Shown here one piece after another: positions 10,453 through 19,512 of a DNA stretch of 64,000 nt (position 1 is its first letter; every line of letters begins with the position of its first letter). The notes under the pieces were generated by a model. The model did not search any database. It was given only the letters and a program-made list of their open reading frames with translations, and was not told the origin of the DNA. The DNA is from Candidatus Eiseniibacteriota bacterium (GTDB lineage Bacteria > Eisenbacteria > RBG-16-71-46 > CAVPCR01): assembly GCA_963702435.1 (NCBI GenBank), contig CAVPCR010000001.1:896001-960000 (forward strand). The letters run 5' to 3'. Both the position numbers and the translations under genes were made by a program.

Positions 10453-13400
10453 ATGTCCCTCCGCTACGCGTCTCTGACCCTCCTCTCGATCGCCCTCGGT
10501 TCCCTCGCCCTCCTGCCGGCTCTTCCTGCGGCCGGGGCACCCGCCTACGAGGCCGAGAGCGATCTCATCGAGGTCATGTTCGCACCCGAGTCCAGCGTTC
10601 GGATGCGAGCGGGGGATCTCGTCGACCTCTCGACCAACGCGCTCGACGGGGTGGCGGCCGTTCTCCAGAACGTGTCGCCGTTCTCCTGGTCGCGGATCTC
10701 GGATGTTCCCGAGCAAACGCTCGACGACATCCAGGCGCGCGGCGAGGCGAACACCGGCCAGGACATCTACAACCTGAATAACATCTACCGCCTCCGCTTC
10801 AACGCGACGGCGGGCGATGTCTGGGCGCTGAGCGCGCGCCTCGAGGCGCTCCCCGGCATCCTCCGCGCCCGCCCCGTGCCGAAGCCGGTCCCGGCACCGC
10901 TCCCACCCAACTACCAGCCCAGCCAGAACTACGAGGATCCCGCCCTCGCCATCCCGACCGGCGTCGACGCCGAGTACGCCTGGACGCAACCGGGTGGGGA
11001 CGGCACCGGGATCACCATCTGCGACCTCGAGTACAGCTGGAACTACAACCACAACGACGTCACGAAGGCGCTGGGGTCACAGATCAACTTCAACACCGCC
11101 GATCCGTTCAATGACCGGAACCACGGCACGGCGGTCATCGGCGAGCTCGTCTCCGACGACAACCTGCCGAACTGGGGCACGAAGGGCGTCTCCTTCAGCG
11201 CGAATCTCAGGACGTGCGGCACGTACTATGGCCTTCCGGCGAGCTGGAACGTGCCCGGCGCGATCGCGGTCGCGATCGCCAACCTGCAGCCCGGGGACGT
11301 CATCCTCCTCGAGCAGCAGTGGGCCTACACGAACGGCGGCACGGACTACATCCCGATCGAGTGGTGGACTGACTACGCGCCGGGACCGCAGAGCTTGAAC
11401 GGGGTCTACGCGGCGATCGTCAATGCGGTCGCGGTCGGGATCCACGTGGTCGAGGCCGGCGGGAACGGGAACGTCGACACCGGCCTCCTCACCTGGTACG
11501 GCGACTCCGGCGCCATAATCGTCGGCGGCGGCGGCGCGTACCCGGGCGGCGTGTACCCGCAGGGGAACCTGGAGCGCCTCTCGTTCTCGAGCTACGGGCC
11601 GCGCTTCAACCTCCAGGGATGGGGCGAGAACGTGGTGACGACCGGCTACGGCGACCTCTTCAACCTGGAGGGAACGAACCGCTGGTACACCAATACGTTC
11701 GCCGGCACCTCGAGCGCCTCGCCGATCGTCGCGGGCGCCGTGGCCTGTGTGCAGGGGTACTACCTCGCCAACATCTCCCCCCTGCCGCTCGCGCCGGCCC
11801 TGATGCGCACGCTCCTCGTCAACACGGGGACGCCGCAGGTCTTCGGCCTCCCGGGAGCGATCGGACCGCGGCCGGACTGCCTGGCCGCGATCCAGGCGCT
11901 CACTCCGCAGAACGACCGGGAGTACGGCGACGCGCCGGAGAACGCCCTCGCCTACCCGAACCTAGGCGTGATCGGCCAGTTCCCGACCTGTGTCGCCAGC
12001 GGCGCGCCCGGCACGTTCGTGAGTCACGCCGCCGGCGGCGCGCCCCCGGTCTACTTCGGTCCAACCGTCGACTACGAGCCCGAAGGAAACGCCGGCAACT
12101 GTCCCAACTTCCCGCCGTACGACGCCGACGAGTGCTGGAACGACGGCGACGCGGGCCTCCTCTTCCCGCCCGTGTTCACCATCAATCCAGCTCTCCAGAT
12201 CGTCCCCTGCAATCCACCGAACACGGGCGGCCTCGGCGTGCCGTGCAACGTGGCGCAGTGGGGTCCGAACCTCGACATCATCGTGTCCAACAACGGACCC
12301 CCCGCGTTCGTCAACGTGCTCATGGACTGGGACCAGAACGGCCGATGGGGCGGGGCCGCCCAGTGTCCGTCCGCGCCGGCGCCCGAGCATGTGCTCGTCA
12401 ACTTCCCGGTTCCGGGCGGGTTCTTCGGCCCGCTCTCCGCGCTCGCTCCGCCGGGGTTCCTGATCGGCCCGAACGGAGGCTACGTCTGGACCCGGTTCAC
12501 GATCGCGGAGGCCATGGTGCCCCCGGGCTGGAACGGCGCCGCCACCTTCCAGACCGGCGAAACCTGCGACTACCTCCTCTGCATCGAGGAGGAGCGGCGG
12601 GAGTACGGCGACGCGCCGGAGGGCGCCACCGCGTATCCCTCGTCGGGAGTCCTCGGCGCGTTCCCGACCTGCATGGGCAGCGGACCCGCCGGCTTCATCG
12701 CGCATCAGAGCACCGGCCGCCTCTTCTTCGGGCCGGCGGTCGATCTCGAGCTCGAAGGAAACGCCGGCAACTGCCCGAACTTCCCGCCTTACGACGCCGA
12801 TGAGTGCTGGAACGACGGCGATTCGGGCCTCATAGCGCCCGGCGCCTTCACGATCGGGGCGGGTCTCGCCGTCGTCCCCTGCATGGGCGCGCCGGGTCCG
12901 CTCGGGAACGCCTGCACGACGGCGAACTGGGGCCTGACCATGGACGTGCAGGTGACCAACACGACGACGCAGGATGCCTACGTCAACGTGCTCATGGACT
13001 GGAACCAGGATGGCACGTGGCAGGGCGGCTCGCCCTGTCCGATCGGGGTCGCGCCCGAGCACGTGCTCGTGAACTTCATCGTGCCGGCCGGCTTCGCCGG
13101 CCCGCTCTCGGCGCTCGGCCCGCCGGCGTTCCTGATCGGCCCGAACGCGGGGTACGTCTGGAGCCGCTGGACGGTGAGCGATGCGCCGGTCGTCGGGAAC
13201 TGGGACGGGAGCGGCGTCTTCCGCGACGGGGAGACCTCCGACTACCTCGTCGAGGTTCGTCCCGAGGTGCGCATCGACTACGCGGACGCCCCGGAGGGGG
13301 CCCTCGCCTATCCGGCGGCGGGCACGATCGGCAGGTTCCCCACGTGCATGAACGTGGGCCCCGCCGGCTTCATCACGCATCAGGCGAGCGGGCTCCTCTT

Positions 13401-14256
13401 CCTCGGGCCGACAGTGGACGCCGAGACCGAGGGCAACGCCGGCTCTTGCCCGGTGTTCCCGCCGTACGATCGGGACGAGTGCTGGAACGACGGCGATGCC
13501 GGCCTCCTGATCCCGAGCCCTTACACGATCGACGGGGCGTTCAACATCGTCCCCTGCCCGCAGGGCCCGGGCGCTCCGCTCGGCACGACGTGTAACACCG
13601 CGATCTGGGGGCTCAACCTGGATCTCCAGGTGACGAACCGGAGCCCCGGCGATGCGTTCGTCAACGTGCTCATGGACTGGAACCAGGACGGCATGTGGCA
13701 GGGCGGCTCACCGTGTCCGACCGGAGTGACGCCCGAGCACGTGCTCGTCGACTTCCTGGTCCCGGCCGGATTCAGCGGGCCGCTCTCGCTCCTCGCCCCG
13801 CCGCCGTTCGTGATCGGCCCGCACTGGGACTTCGTGTGGAGCCGGTTCACGACCAGCGATGTGCCCGTGGGCCCGGGCTGGGACGGCACCGGGAGCTTCG
13901 GGGACGGCGAGACATCGGACTACCTGCTCGAGATCCGGCGGGACGTGGCCGGCCTCGAGAACGAGGCGGCCCCGATCGTCTCGACGCGTCTCCTCGCGCC
14001 GGCGCCGAATCCGTTCTTCAGCGCCACGACCATCGGCCTCGAGCTCGCCCAGGCGGGCGAGGTGTCCCTCGGTGTCTACGATGTCGCCGGGCGCCGGATC
14101 CGCACGCTCTTCGCGGGCGCGAAGAGCGCGGGCCGTTACCGGATCACGTGGGACGGGCGGAACGACGCCGGAGCGCGCGTCGCTTCCGGCATGTACTTCG
14201 TCCGGCTCACGAGCGAGGGCCGGACCTCCACGCGGCCGCTCCTGCTCGCGCGGTAG
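10453..14256 (+). CDS. Secreted S8 (subtilisin-like) serine peptidase with three GEVED-type repeats and FlgD/T9SS-like C-terminal domain
   Basis: AGGAG plus ATG 10453 and a signal peptide; catalytic triad ICDLE / NHGTAV / GTSSASP; three repeats of YGDAPE..VNVLMDWxQxG..GETxDY; CTD PNPF..YDVAGR..WDGRN..ASGMYF. Confidence 0.9.
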   Translation: MSLRYASLTLLSIALGSLALLPALPAAGAPAYEAESDLIEVMFAPESSVRMRAGDLVDLSTNALDGVAAVLQNVSPFSWSRISDVPEQTLDDIQARGEANTGQDIYNLNNIYRLRFNATAGDVWALSARLEALPGILRARPVPKPVPAPLPPNYQPSQNYEDPALAIPTGVDAEYAWTQPGGDGTGITICDLEYSWNYNHNDVTKALGSQINFNTADPFNDRNHGTAVIGELVSDDNLPNWGTKGVSFSANLRTCGTYYGLPASWNVPGAIAVAIANLQPGDVILLEQQWAYTNGGTDYIPIEWWTDYAPGPQSLNGVYAAIVNAVAVGIHVVEAGGNGNVDTGLLTWYGDSGAIIVGGGGAYPGGVYPQGNLERLSFSSYGPRFNLQGWGENVVTTGYGDLFNLEGTNRWYTNTFAGTSSASPIVAGAVACVQGYYLANISPLPLAPALMRTLLVNTGTPQVFGLPGAIGPRPDCLAAIQALTPQNDREYGDAPENALAYPNLGVIGQFPTCVASGAPGTFVSHAAGGAPPVYFGPTVDYEPEGNAGNCPNFPPYDADECWNDGDAGLLFPPVFTINPALQIVPCNPPNTGGLGVPCNVAQWGPNLDIIVSNNGPPAFVNVLMDWDQNGRWGGAAQCPSAPAPEHVLVNFPVPGGFFGPLSALAPPGFLIGPNGGYVWTRFTIAEAMVPPGWNGAATFQTGETCDYLLCIEEERREYGDAPEGATAYPSSGVLGAFPTCMGSGPAGFIAHQSTGRLFFGPAVDLELEGNAGNCPNFPPYDADECWNDGDSGLIAPGAFTIGAGLAVVPCMGAPGPLGNACTTANWGLTMDVQVTNTTTQDAYVNVLMDWNQDGTWQGGSPCPIGVAPEHVLVNFIVPAGFAGPLSALGPPAFLIGPNAGYVWSRWTVSDAPVVGNWDGSGVFRDGETSDYLVEVRPEVRIDYADAPEGALAYPAAGTIGRFPTCMNVGPAGFITHQASGLLFLGPTVDAETEGNAGSCPVFPPYDRDECWNDGDAGLLIPSPYTIDGAFNIVPCPQGPGAPLGTTCNTAIWGLNLDLQVTNRSPGDAFVNVLMDWNQDGMWQGGSPCPTGVTPEHVLVDFLVPAGFSGPLSLLAPPPFVIGPHWDFVWSRFTTSDVPVGPGWDGTGSFGDGETSDYLLEIRRDVAGLENEAAPIVSTRLLAPAPNPFFSATTIGLELAQAGEVSLGVYDVAGRRIRTLFAGAKSAGRYRITWDGRNDAGARVASGMYFVRLTSEGRTSTRPLLLAR
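11920..13945 (+). repeat. Three tandem ~680-bp domain repeats inside the S8 protease
   Basis: Units begin at about 11920, 12601 and 13276 with shared DNA and protein motifs (DECWNDGD, PEHVLV). Confidence 0.9.
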
Positions 14257-14351
14257 CGGGCGGGCTCACGCTCTCGCCGGCGTGACGTGAGGCGGCGGGT
14301 CTCCGCGAGGAGGCCCGCCGCTTCCGCGCGGCGCGCGGCGGGGCAACCCGG

Positions 14352-14585
14352 CTAGCTTGCAGCGCGGAAGGCCCGGCTCGCTTCGCGCGGGACCTCGATG
14401 GCGACGAAGAGCCGGCGCGGGTAGAGATAGTCCTGGCCCGTCTCGTCGATGACGCGGACAAGGGCCCTTTCGTCGGCGTCAGGGTCGGGCAGGCGAATGT
14501 AGACCCGGCGCGCGACCAGGGACGCCGGATATCCGCGATTGGATAGGCACAGGACGAACTGCCGTCGATGGTTCCGCTGAGTCAT
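14352..14585 (-). CDS. Small hypothetical protein, putative antitoxin/immunity protein (RVIDETGQDYLYP motif)
   Basis: 77-aa ORF from ATG 14585, 7 bp downstream of its partner gene. Confidence 0.75.
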   Translation of the reverse strand: MTQRNHRRQFVLCLSNRGYPASLVARRVYIRLPDPDADERALVRVIDETGQDYLYPRRLFVAIEVPREASRAFRAAS

Positions 14586-14592
14586 TGCCAAC

Positions 14593-14829
14593 CTACTTGC
14601 CCAGAATGCGTTGGACCTTGATTCCCCGGCGGCCGACACCGGATGCTTCGTACCAGTGCACCGCGGCAAGGAAGGCGGGCCCACCTCGTACTCGTACCCA
14701 GGCCACACCCTTGAGCTTGCGCCAGCGACCGGGCCCGTAGGCCCGCTCGATTCTTGCGAGTTCCCTGATACCGCGACCGGTGGCGATGGTCTCGACCCTG
14801 CCTATTCTCCCAAGCACTTCTACTATCAC
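14593..14829 (-). CDS. Small basic hypothetical protein, putative toxin (WRKLKG..VHWYEA motif)
   Basis: 78-aa Arg-rich ORF with GTG start; lower GC than its flanks; forms a two-gene cassette. Confidence 0.75.
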   Translation of the reverse strand: MIVEVLGRIGRVETIATGRGIRELARIERAYGPGRWRKLKGVAWVRVRGGPAFLAAVHWYEASGVGRRGIKVQRILGK

Positions 14830-14991
14830 AGAGACCCCAGTCAGGACCGGTGCTCCGGCGCCGGGTGCAGTTGAACTCTGACATATGGGGTCTCGTGCGC
14901 TCAGATGGTACCGGCAGGCGGCCAGATCGGATCAACAAGAATCTTTGCGAATCCCCCACCCCTGCACGGCGGATCCCTCGCCAACCGTCCG

Positions 14992-15861
14992 TTACGGGGT
15001 CCCATCCCTCGCGAACACCCGGGGCGGCATCCCGGGCGTGAGGAGGAAGATGTCCGGGTAGTTTTTCCGGATCGCGTCGATCTGCGCGGGCGTCTCGCCC
15101 TCGAGCCGGATCGGGAGGTGCATGAGCGCGATGTGGCGGGGCGCGAGGACCTCCTTGAGCAGGCGCTCGCCCTCCGGGCTCGTGGGAAACCAGGCGTGCA
15201 CGAGCGCGAGATCGATGTCCGCGCTCGCCAGCCCGAAGCTCGCGAACTGCTCGACCTGTGCGCTCGAGTCGCCCTCGTGGAAGACGCGCCAGCCGTCGAG
15301 CTCGACGAGGTACATGAAGTTGTGCGGGCTCGCGCGGTTCCCGCTGTGGAAAGTGCGGAGCGCCGTGACCGGGATGCCCGCGGGATCGAGCCGCGCCTTC
15401 TCCCCGACCTGGATCGCGGGCGACAGGACGCGCGACTCGATCCTGGTCCAGTCCGCAGCCGCCTCTCGCATGGCGGCGACCGCGTCGGCGGGCGCGACGA
15501 GGACCGCTCCCGGAAAGGCCTCCAGGTAGCGGACGGCGAGCGCCGGGGCGAAGTGATCCGGATGGTCGTGCGTGACGAGGACGAGATCCACGCCGGCGAA
15601 GGGCGGCGTGCCGCTCATCATCTTCGCGAGGACGTCGGGCGCGGGCGCCCGGTACTCCGGATTGGGCCGGTCGAAGAGGGCGTCGATGAGAACCTTGCGC
15701 TCGCCGGCGGAGAGGAGAACTCCTTCGTTGGCGATGGAGGCGAGGACGAGGGCCCCCGGAGGGGACGGGGGCTCCGGCGATTTCGAAGCGCAGGCCGCGA
15801 TCCCGGCCAGCGCCAGCAAGAGCGCCAGGAAGCGGCCTGATCGAGCCCGCGCCGTCGACAC
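14992..15861 (-). CDS. MBL-fold metallo-hydrolase lipoprotein
   Basis: Lipobox IAAC; THDHPDH, FHSG and HEGD motifs. Confidence 0.85.
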   Translation of the reverse strand: MSTARARSGRFLALLLALAGIAACASKSPEPPSPPGALVLASIANEGVLLSAGERKVLIDALFDRPNPEYRAPAPDVLAKMMSGTPPFAGVDLVLVTHDHPDHFAPALAVRYLEAFPGAVLVAPADAVAAMREAAADWTRIESRVLSPAIQVGEKARLDPAGIPVTALRTFHSGNRASPHNFMYLVELDGWRVFHEGDSSAQVEQFASFGLASADIDLALVHAWFPTSPEGERLLKEVLAPRHIALMHLPIRLEGETPAQIDAIRKNYPDIFLLTPGMPPRVFARDGTP

Positions 15862-15912
15862 GATGCACCTCCGGGGGCGCGAGCTTGACCTGGTCGCGCC
15901 CTCTCCCTCCCC

Positions 15913-18844
15913 CTATCCCTCCCCCACCAGCACGAGCCCCGCCGGGAGCGCCTCGCCGAAGGTCGCGCTCGCCTCCTCGCTGCTCGAGCTCCCCGCCCTC
16001 CGTGACGAGCACCCGCGCCCGCTCGAACGCATGCGCGCTCTTCGCATCCGCCCCCGCCGCCGCGCGCGCGATCCGTTCGGCGATCTCCGCGCGCAGCCCC
16101 TCATCGATGTCGCGCTCGCGGTCGCCGGTCCGCCGCGCGAGATGCGCGAGCGCGACCGCGGTCGCCGCGGGGAGCTTCCACTCCCCGCTCGCCAGCAGGT
16201 GCCGGATCCAGCCCTCGACCGCACGGCGATTCGCGACCTGGTTCGCCGGGCCGTGGAACGGCACCCGGGCGCCGAGCCGGCCGAGCGCCCACAGATCGGC
16301 GGCGGTCGCTCCGCGCGCGACGCGCTCGACGAGCTCCTGCCCGTAGTCCACCTTGCGCGCGCGATCGAGCGCCTCGAGGCTCGCCGCCGCGCGCCACATC
16401 TCGACCTGCTCCTGCTTCCCGAGCCGCTTCCCTTCCTTCGAGCGCTTGGCCGGGCCGGCAACGAGGGACGGCGCGAGCTGCGCATGGATCTGCTCCTGCT
16501 GGCCCTGCGAGAGACCGCCGGCGACCCGCCGCCACAGAATCCACCACTCAGTGCGGCACTGCTCGTCGCCCGGATGGAGGATCCCCGCGTGCCAGATCTT
16601 CCAGAGCTCCTTCAGGCGCCAGTCGTCCATCGGATACCCGAATCCGGGGCGGAGCGCGTAGCCCGCGAGGTTCATCCAGCGCGCGTCGTGCGCGGCGCTC
16701 TTCCGGCGCGCCTCGCGCACTTTCAAGAGCAACTCGCCGAGCTTGCGGAGCACCGGGAGCGGCCACTCCTCCTTCTCGAGCTCGATCACCTGGCGGAGCT
16801 CGCGCATGACATCGGCCGGCAAGATCGGCTGCGCGCCCTCCGCCGCCGGCTCGAAGCACGCGCGCACCACGCGCTCCATACCCTCGACGATCGATTCGTC
16901 GATCGTCACCCCGCGGTCCTCGATCGCGTCGGGAGCGCGAGCGCCGTCCTCGGTGGTGGGTGTCGTGTCGCGGAGCTGGAACTCGAGCCGCCAGCGGTGC
17001 TCGGTCTCCTTCGAGAAGCAGAAGAGATCGAGCGTGCCGAGCTCGGTCAGGCGCGCGCCGATCCTGACCGGAAGCTGCCGCTCGCCGGTCTTCTTCCCGA
17101 AGCGGAGCAGCGTCCGGATCGGCGGCAGCGGGACGAGCGCCCCCTTCTCGACGACGACGAGATCCCCGGTCGCGTCGGTGCGCACGCTCGAGGAGTAGAT
17201 GTTGAAGGCGACCGGCCGGTTCACGTGCGCGGCGAAGGCGCGCTCGAGCTCGACCGTCGTCCCCTCCTCGGTGCCGCGGCGGACGAGAGACACCGCGGCC
17301 AGCGGGTCGGCGATGCCGGCGGCCGCCGCCGTCACCTCCGGCGGCGCTGCGGCGAGATCGATCCCCACGTAGTAGCCGCGCGCGCTCCCGCCGTGGATGC
17401 GGACGCCCTTCCCGCGCCGCACGTGCCCGTAGTAGGCGGCGCCGCGCGCCACGGCGAGGGCGAGGCTCGGGCTGGTGAGGAGCGCCGGCACATAGCCCGG
17501 CTTCTCGGCGGCGAACCACCCGCCCACCACATCCCGCAATCTTTCGCGGATGGACGCCGGAGTCAGCGCCGCGCCGTTGAAGAGGATGGCGTCGGGGCGG
17601 ACGAGCCCGGTGGCGCTCGCGCTCTCCGGGTTGATGCCCGCCGCCGCGTCGCGATGCCGGCGCAGGAACGCGGCGAGGTGCCGCGTCACCGCCGGATCGG
17701 CGACGTAGGGCAAACCGAACTCGGCGATCCCCATCTTCCGCCGCTCGGGCTCCGCATCGGGCGGGACGTGCGGGAAGAAGCCGGAGAGGATCGTCTCCTC
17801 GACCTCGCCGCGCGCGAGCTCGTCCCGGAGGAGCCCGCCGACGACACTCGTCGACTTCCCGAGGAGCGTGATCGGCGCTGTCGCCGGCGCATCCGGCCGA
17901 TCATCGAGTACGTCCTCCTTGGCGAGGCGCGCCGCATGCACGAGGCCGGCCCAGGCCTGCGGTTCGAGCTTCCCCGTCTTTCCGGTGAGCCGCTCCTCCA
18001 CGCGCCGGGCGAGGGCGAGGTCCATGTTGTCGCCGCCGAGGAGCAGATGCTCGCCGACCGCCACGCGCTCGAAGCGGAGCCCTTCCCGCCCCTCGTCGAC
18101 CACGATGAGGGTGAAGTCGGTGGTGCCGCCGCCCACGTCGCAGACGAGGATCACCTGTCCGGCATGGAGATGTTCGCGCCACGACGACTCGTGGCCGACG
18201 ATCCAGGCATAGAAGGCCGCCTGCGGCTCCTCGATCATGGTCACCTGGGTGAGCCCGGCCCGCCGCGCCGCCTCGAGCGTGAGCTCGCGCGCCACCTCGT
18301 CGAAGGAGGCGGGGACGGTGAGCGCCACCTCCTGCGTCTCGAGGAAAGACGACTCCTCGCCGCGCGCGATGGCGTGATTCCACGCCTCGCGCATGTGGGC
18401 GAGGTAGCGGGTCGAGGCCTCGACCGGCGACAGGCGCGCCACCTCGTCGCTCGCGTCGCCCCAGGGCAGGATCTTCGCCGTGCGATCGACGCCGCCGTGG
18501 CAGAGCCACGACTTGGCCGAGGTGACGAGCCGGGCCGGCACGCGCGCACCCTGCCGCCGCGCGAACTCGCCGACCGCGTGGTCGCGCTCGGCCGCCCAGG
18601 GCAGGCGGGTGGCGCCCGCCGGGAGCTCGTGCGATCCCGGCAGGTAGAGGAACGAGGGCAGCGTCGGGCGCGGCTGCGTGTCGCCCTCGGCGACGAGCTG
18701 CGGGACGTCGAAGGAGCGGACGACCGGCGTCTCCCCGGATCGCTCGCGCGTATCGATGTAGGCGACCGCCGAGTTCGTGGTCCCGAGGTCGATTCCCACC
18801 AGGTAGCGCGAGCGCTGCTTCTCGTCGGCCTGCATCGTTGTCAT
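15913..18844 (-). CDS. Atypical Hsp70 (DnaK-related) protein with DUF3731-like C-terminal extension, ~976 aa after correcting a +1 frameshift near 15983
   Basis: GIDLGTTNS, TVPASFD, EEPQAAFY, DVGGGTTD, LLLGGDNMD; C-terminal RWMNLAGYALRPGFG..WWILWRRVAGGL. The natural end FGEALPAGLVLVGEG lies in the frame of ORF 15913-16485. Confidence 0.88.
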
Positions 18845-18887
18845 CCGTTTCGTTCCCTTTGGCGGTCAGTCTTCACCAGGCCATCGC

Positions 18888-19244
18888 CTATAGCGACAGC
18901 ACCAGGCGCATGCCGGCATCCACCTCGGCCAGGACCGGCGCGGAGACCCGTCCGACCCGCGCGGCCAGAAAGCGGCGATCCAGCGTCAAGAGCTGCGATA
19001 CGTTGACCACGGATTCCCGTGGCAGCTTGCTCTCACGGCGCGCGAGCCTGACGTTTCCGGGTGCTTGAGCCAGTTCGAGATTGGAGGTGATCGCCGCCAC
19101 GATCACCGTGCCGATCTGGCTCCGGTTGAACGCGTCCGACTGGATCACGAGCACCGGGCGCCGGTAGCTAGACTCGGACCCCCGAGGCGAATCCAGGTCG
19201 GCCCACCAGACCTCACCCCGCTGGACCACCATCCGGGTCACCAT
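18888..19244 (-). CDS. mazF: PemK/MazF family toxin (start may be 19244, 19241 or 19232)
   Basis: QRGEVWWADL..GSE..RRPVLVIQSDAFN..AAITS..SVVNVSQLLTLD. Confidence 0.92.
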   Translation of the reverse strand: MVTRMVVQRGEVWWADLDSPRGSESSYRRPVLVIQSDAFNRSQIGTVIVAAITSNLELAQAPGNVRLARRESKLPRESVVNVSQLLTLDRRFLAARVGRVSAPVLAEVDAGMRLVLSL

Positions 19245-19477
19245 GACTCGGGCGGCAGACTCGAACGTTGCATCGCATCCAGGACGGGATCAACAGTCCC
19301 CGGCGCGTCAGCCCGATACACGGCGTTGAGAGCATCCGTCACCAGGGTCTCGCTCTGCCGTTCGAGGTAAAGGGCGACCGCTCGCTGGTAGAACTGACTT
19401 CGGGAGAGGCCCAGCCGCTGAGCAGCCCGGTCAGCAGCGCGAAACAGGTCATCAGGAATCGAGATGGCTGTCTTCAT
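19238..19477 (-). CDS. Ribbon-helix-helix (CopG-like) antitoxin
   Basis: MKTAISIPDDLF..LGLSRSQFY..; overlaps the toxin start. Confidence 0.88.
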   Translation of the reverse strand: MKTAISIPDDLFRAADRAAQRLGLSRSQFYQRAVALYLERQSETLVTDALNAVYRADAPGTVDPVLDAMQRSSLPPESW

Positions 19478-19483
19478 GGTTGG

Positions 19484-19512
19484 AGTATGACCAGATTCAT
19501 ACCGCCCGTCAA
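19484..19512 (-). promoter_or_regulatory. Sigma70-like leaderless promoter with inverted-repeat operator for the antitoxin-mazF cassette
   Basis: TTGACG-N17-CATACT-N6-ATG; inverted repeat GTATGA-N6-TCATAC at 19485-19502. Confidence 0.65.

Noticed and set aside
14582..15912. Apparent 1420-aa Hsp70 with a long C-terminal extension
   Set aside because: The Arg-rich tail results from the +1 frameshift near 15983 and overlaps the real MBL gene and small-gene cassette; the natural end is at 15913.
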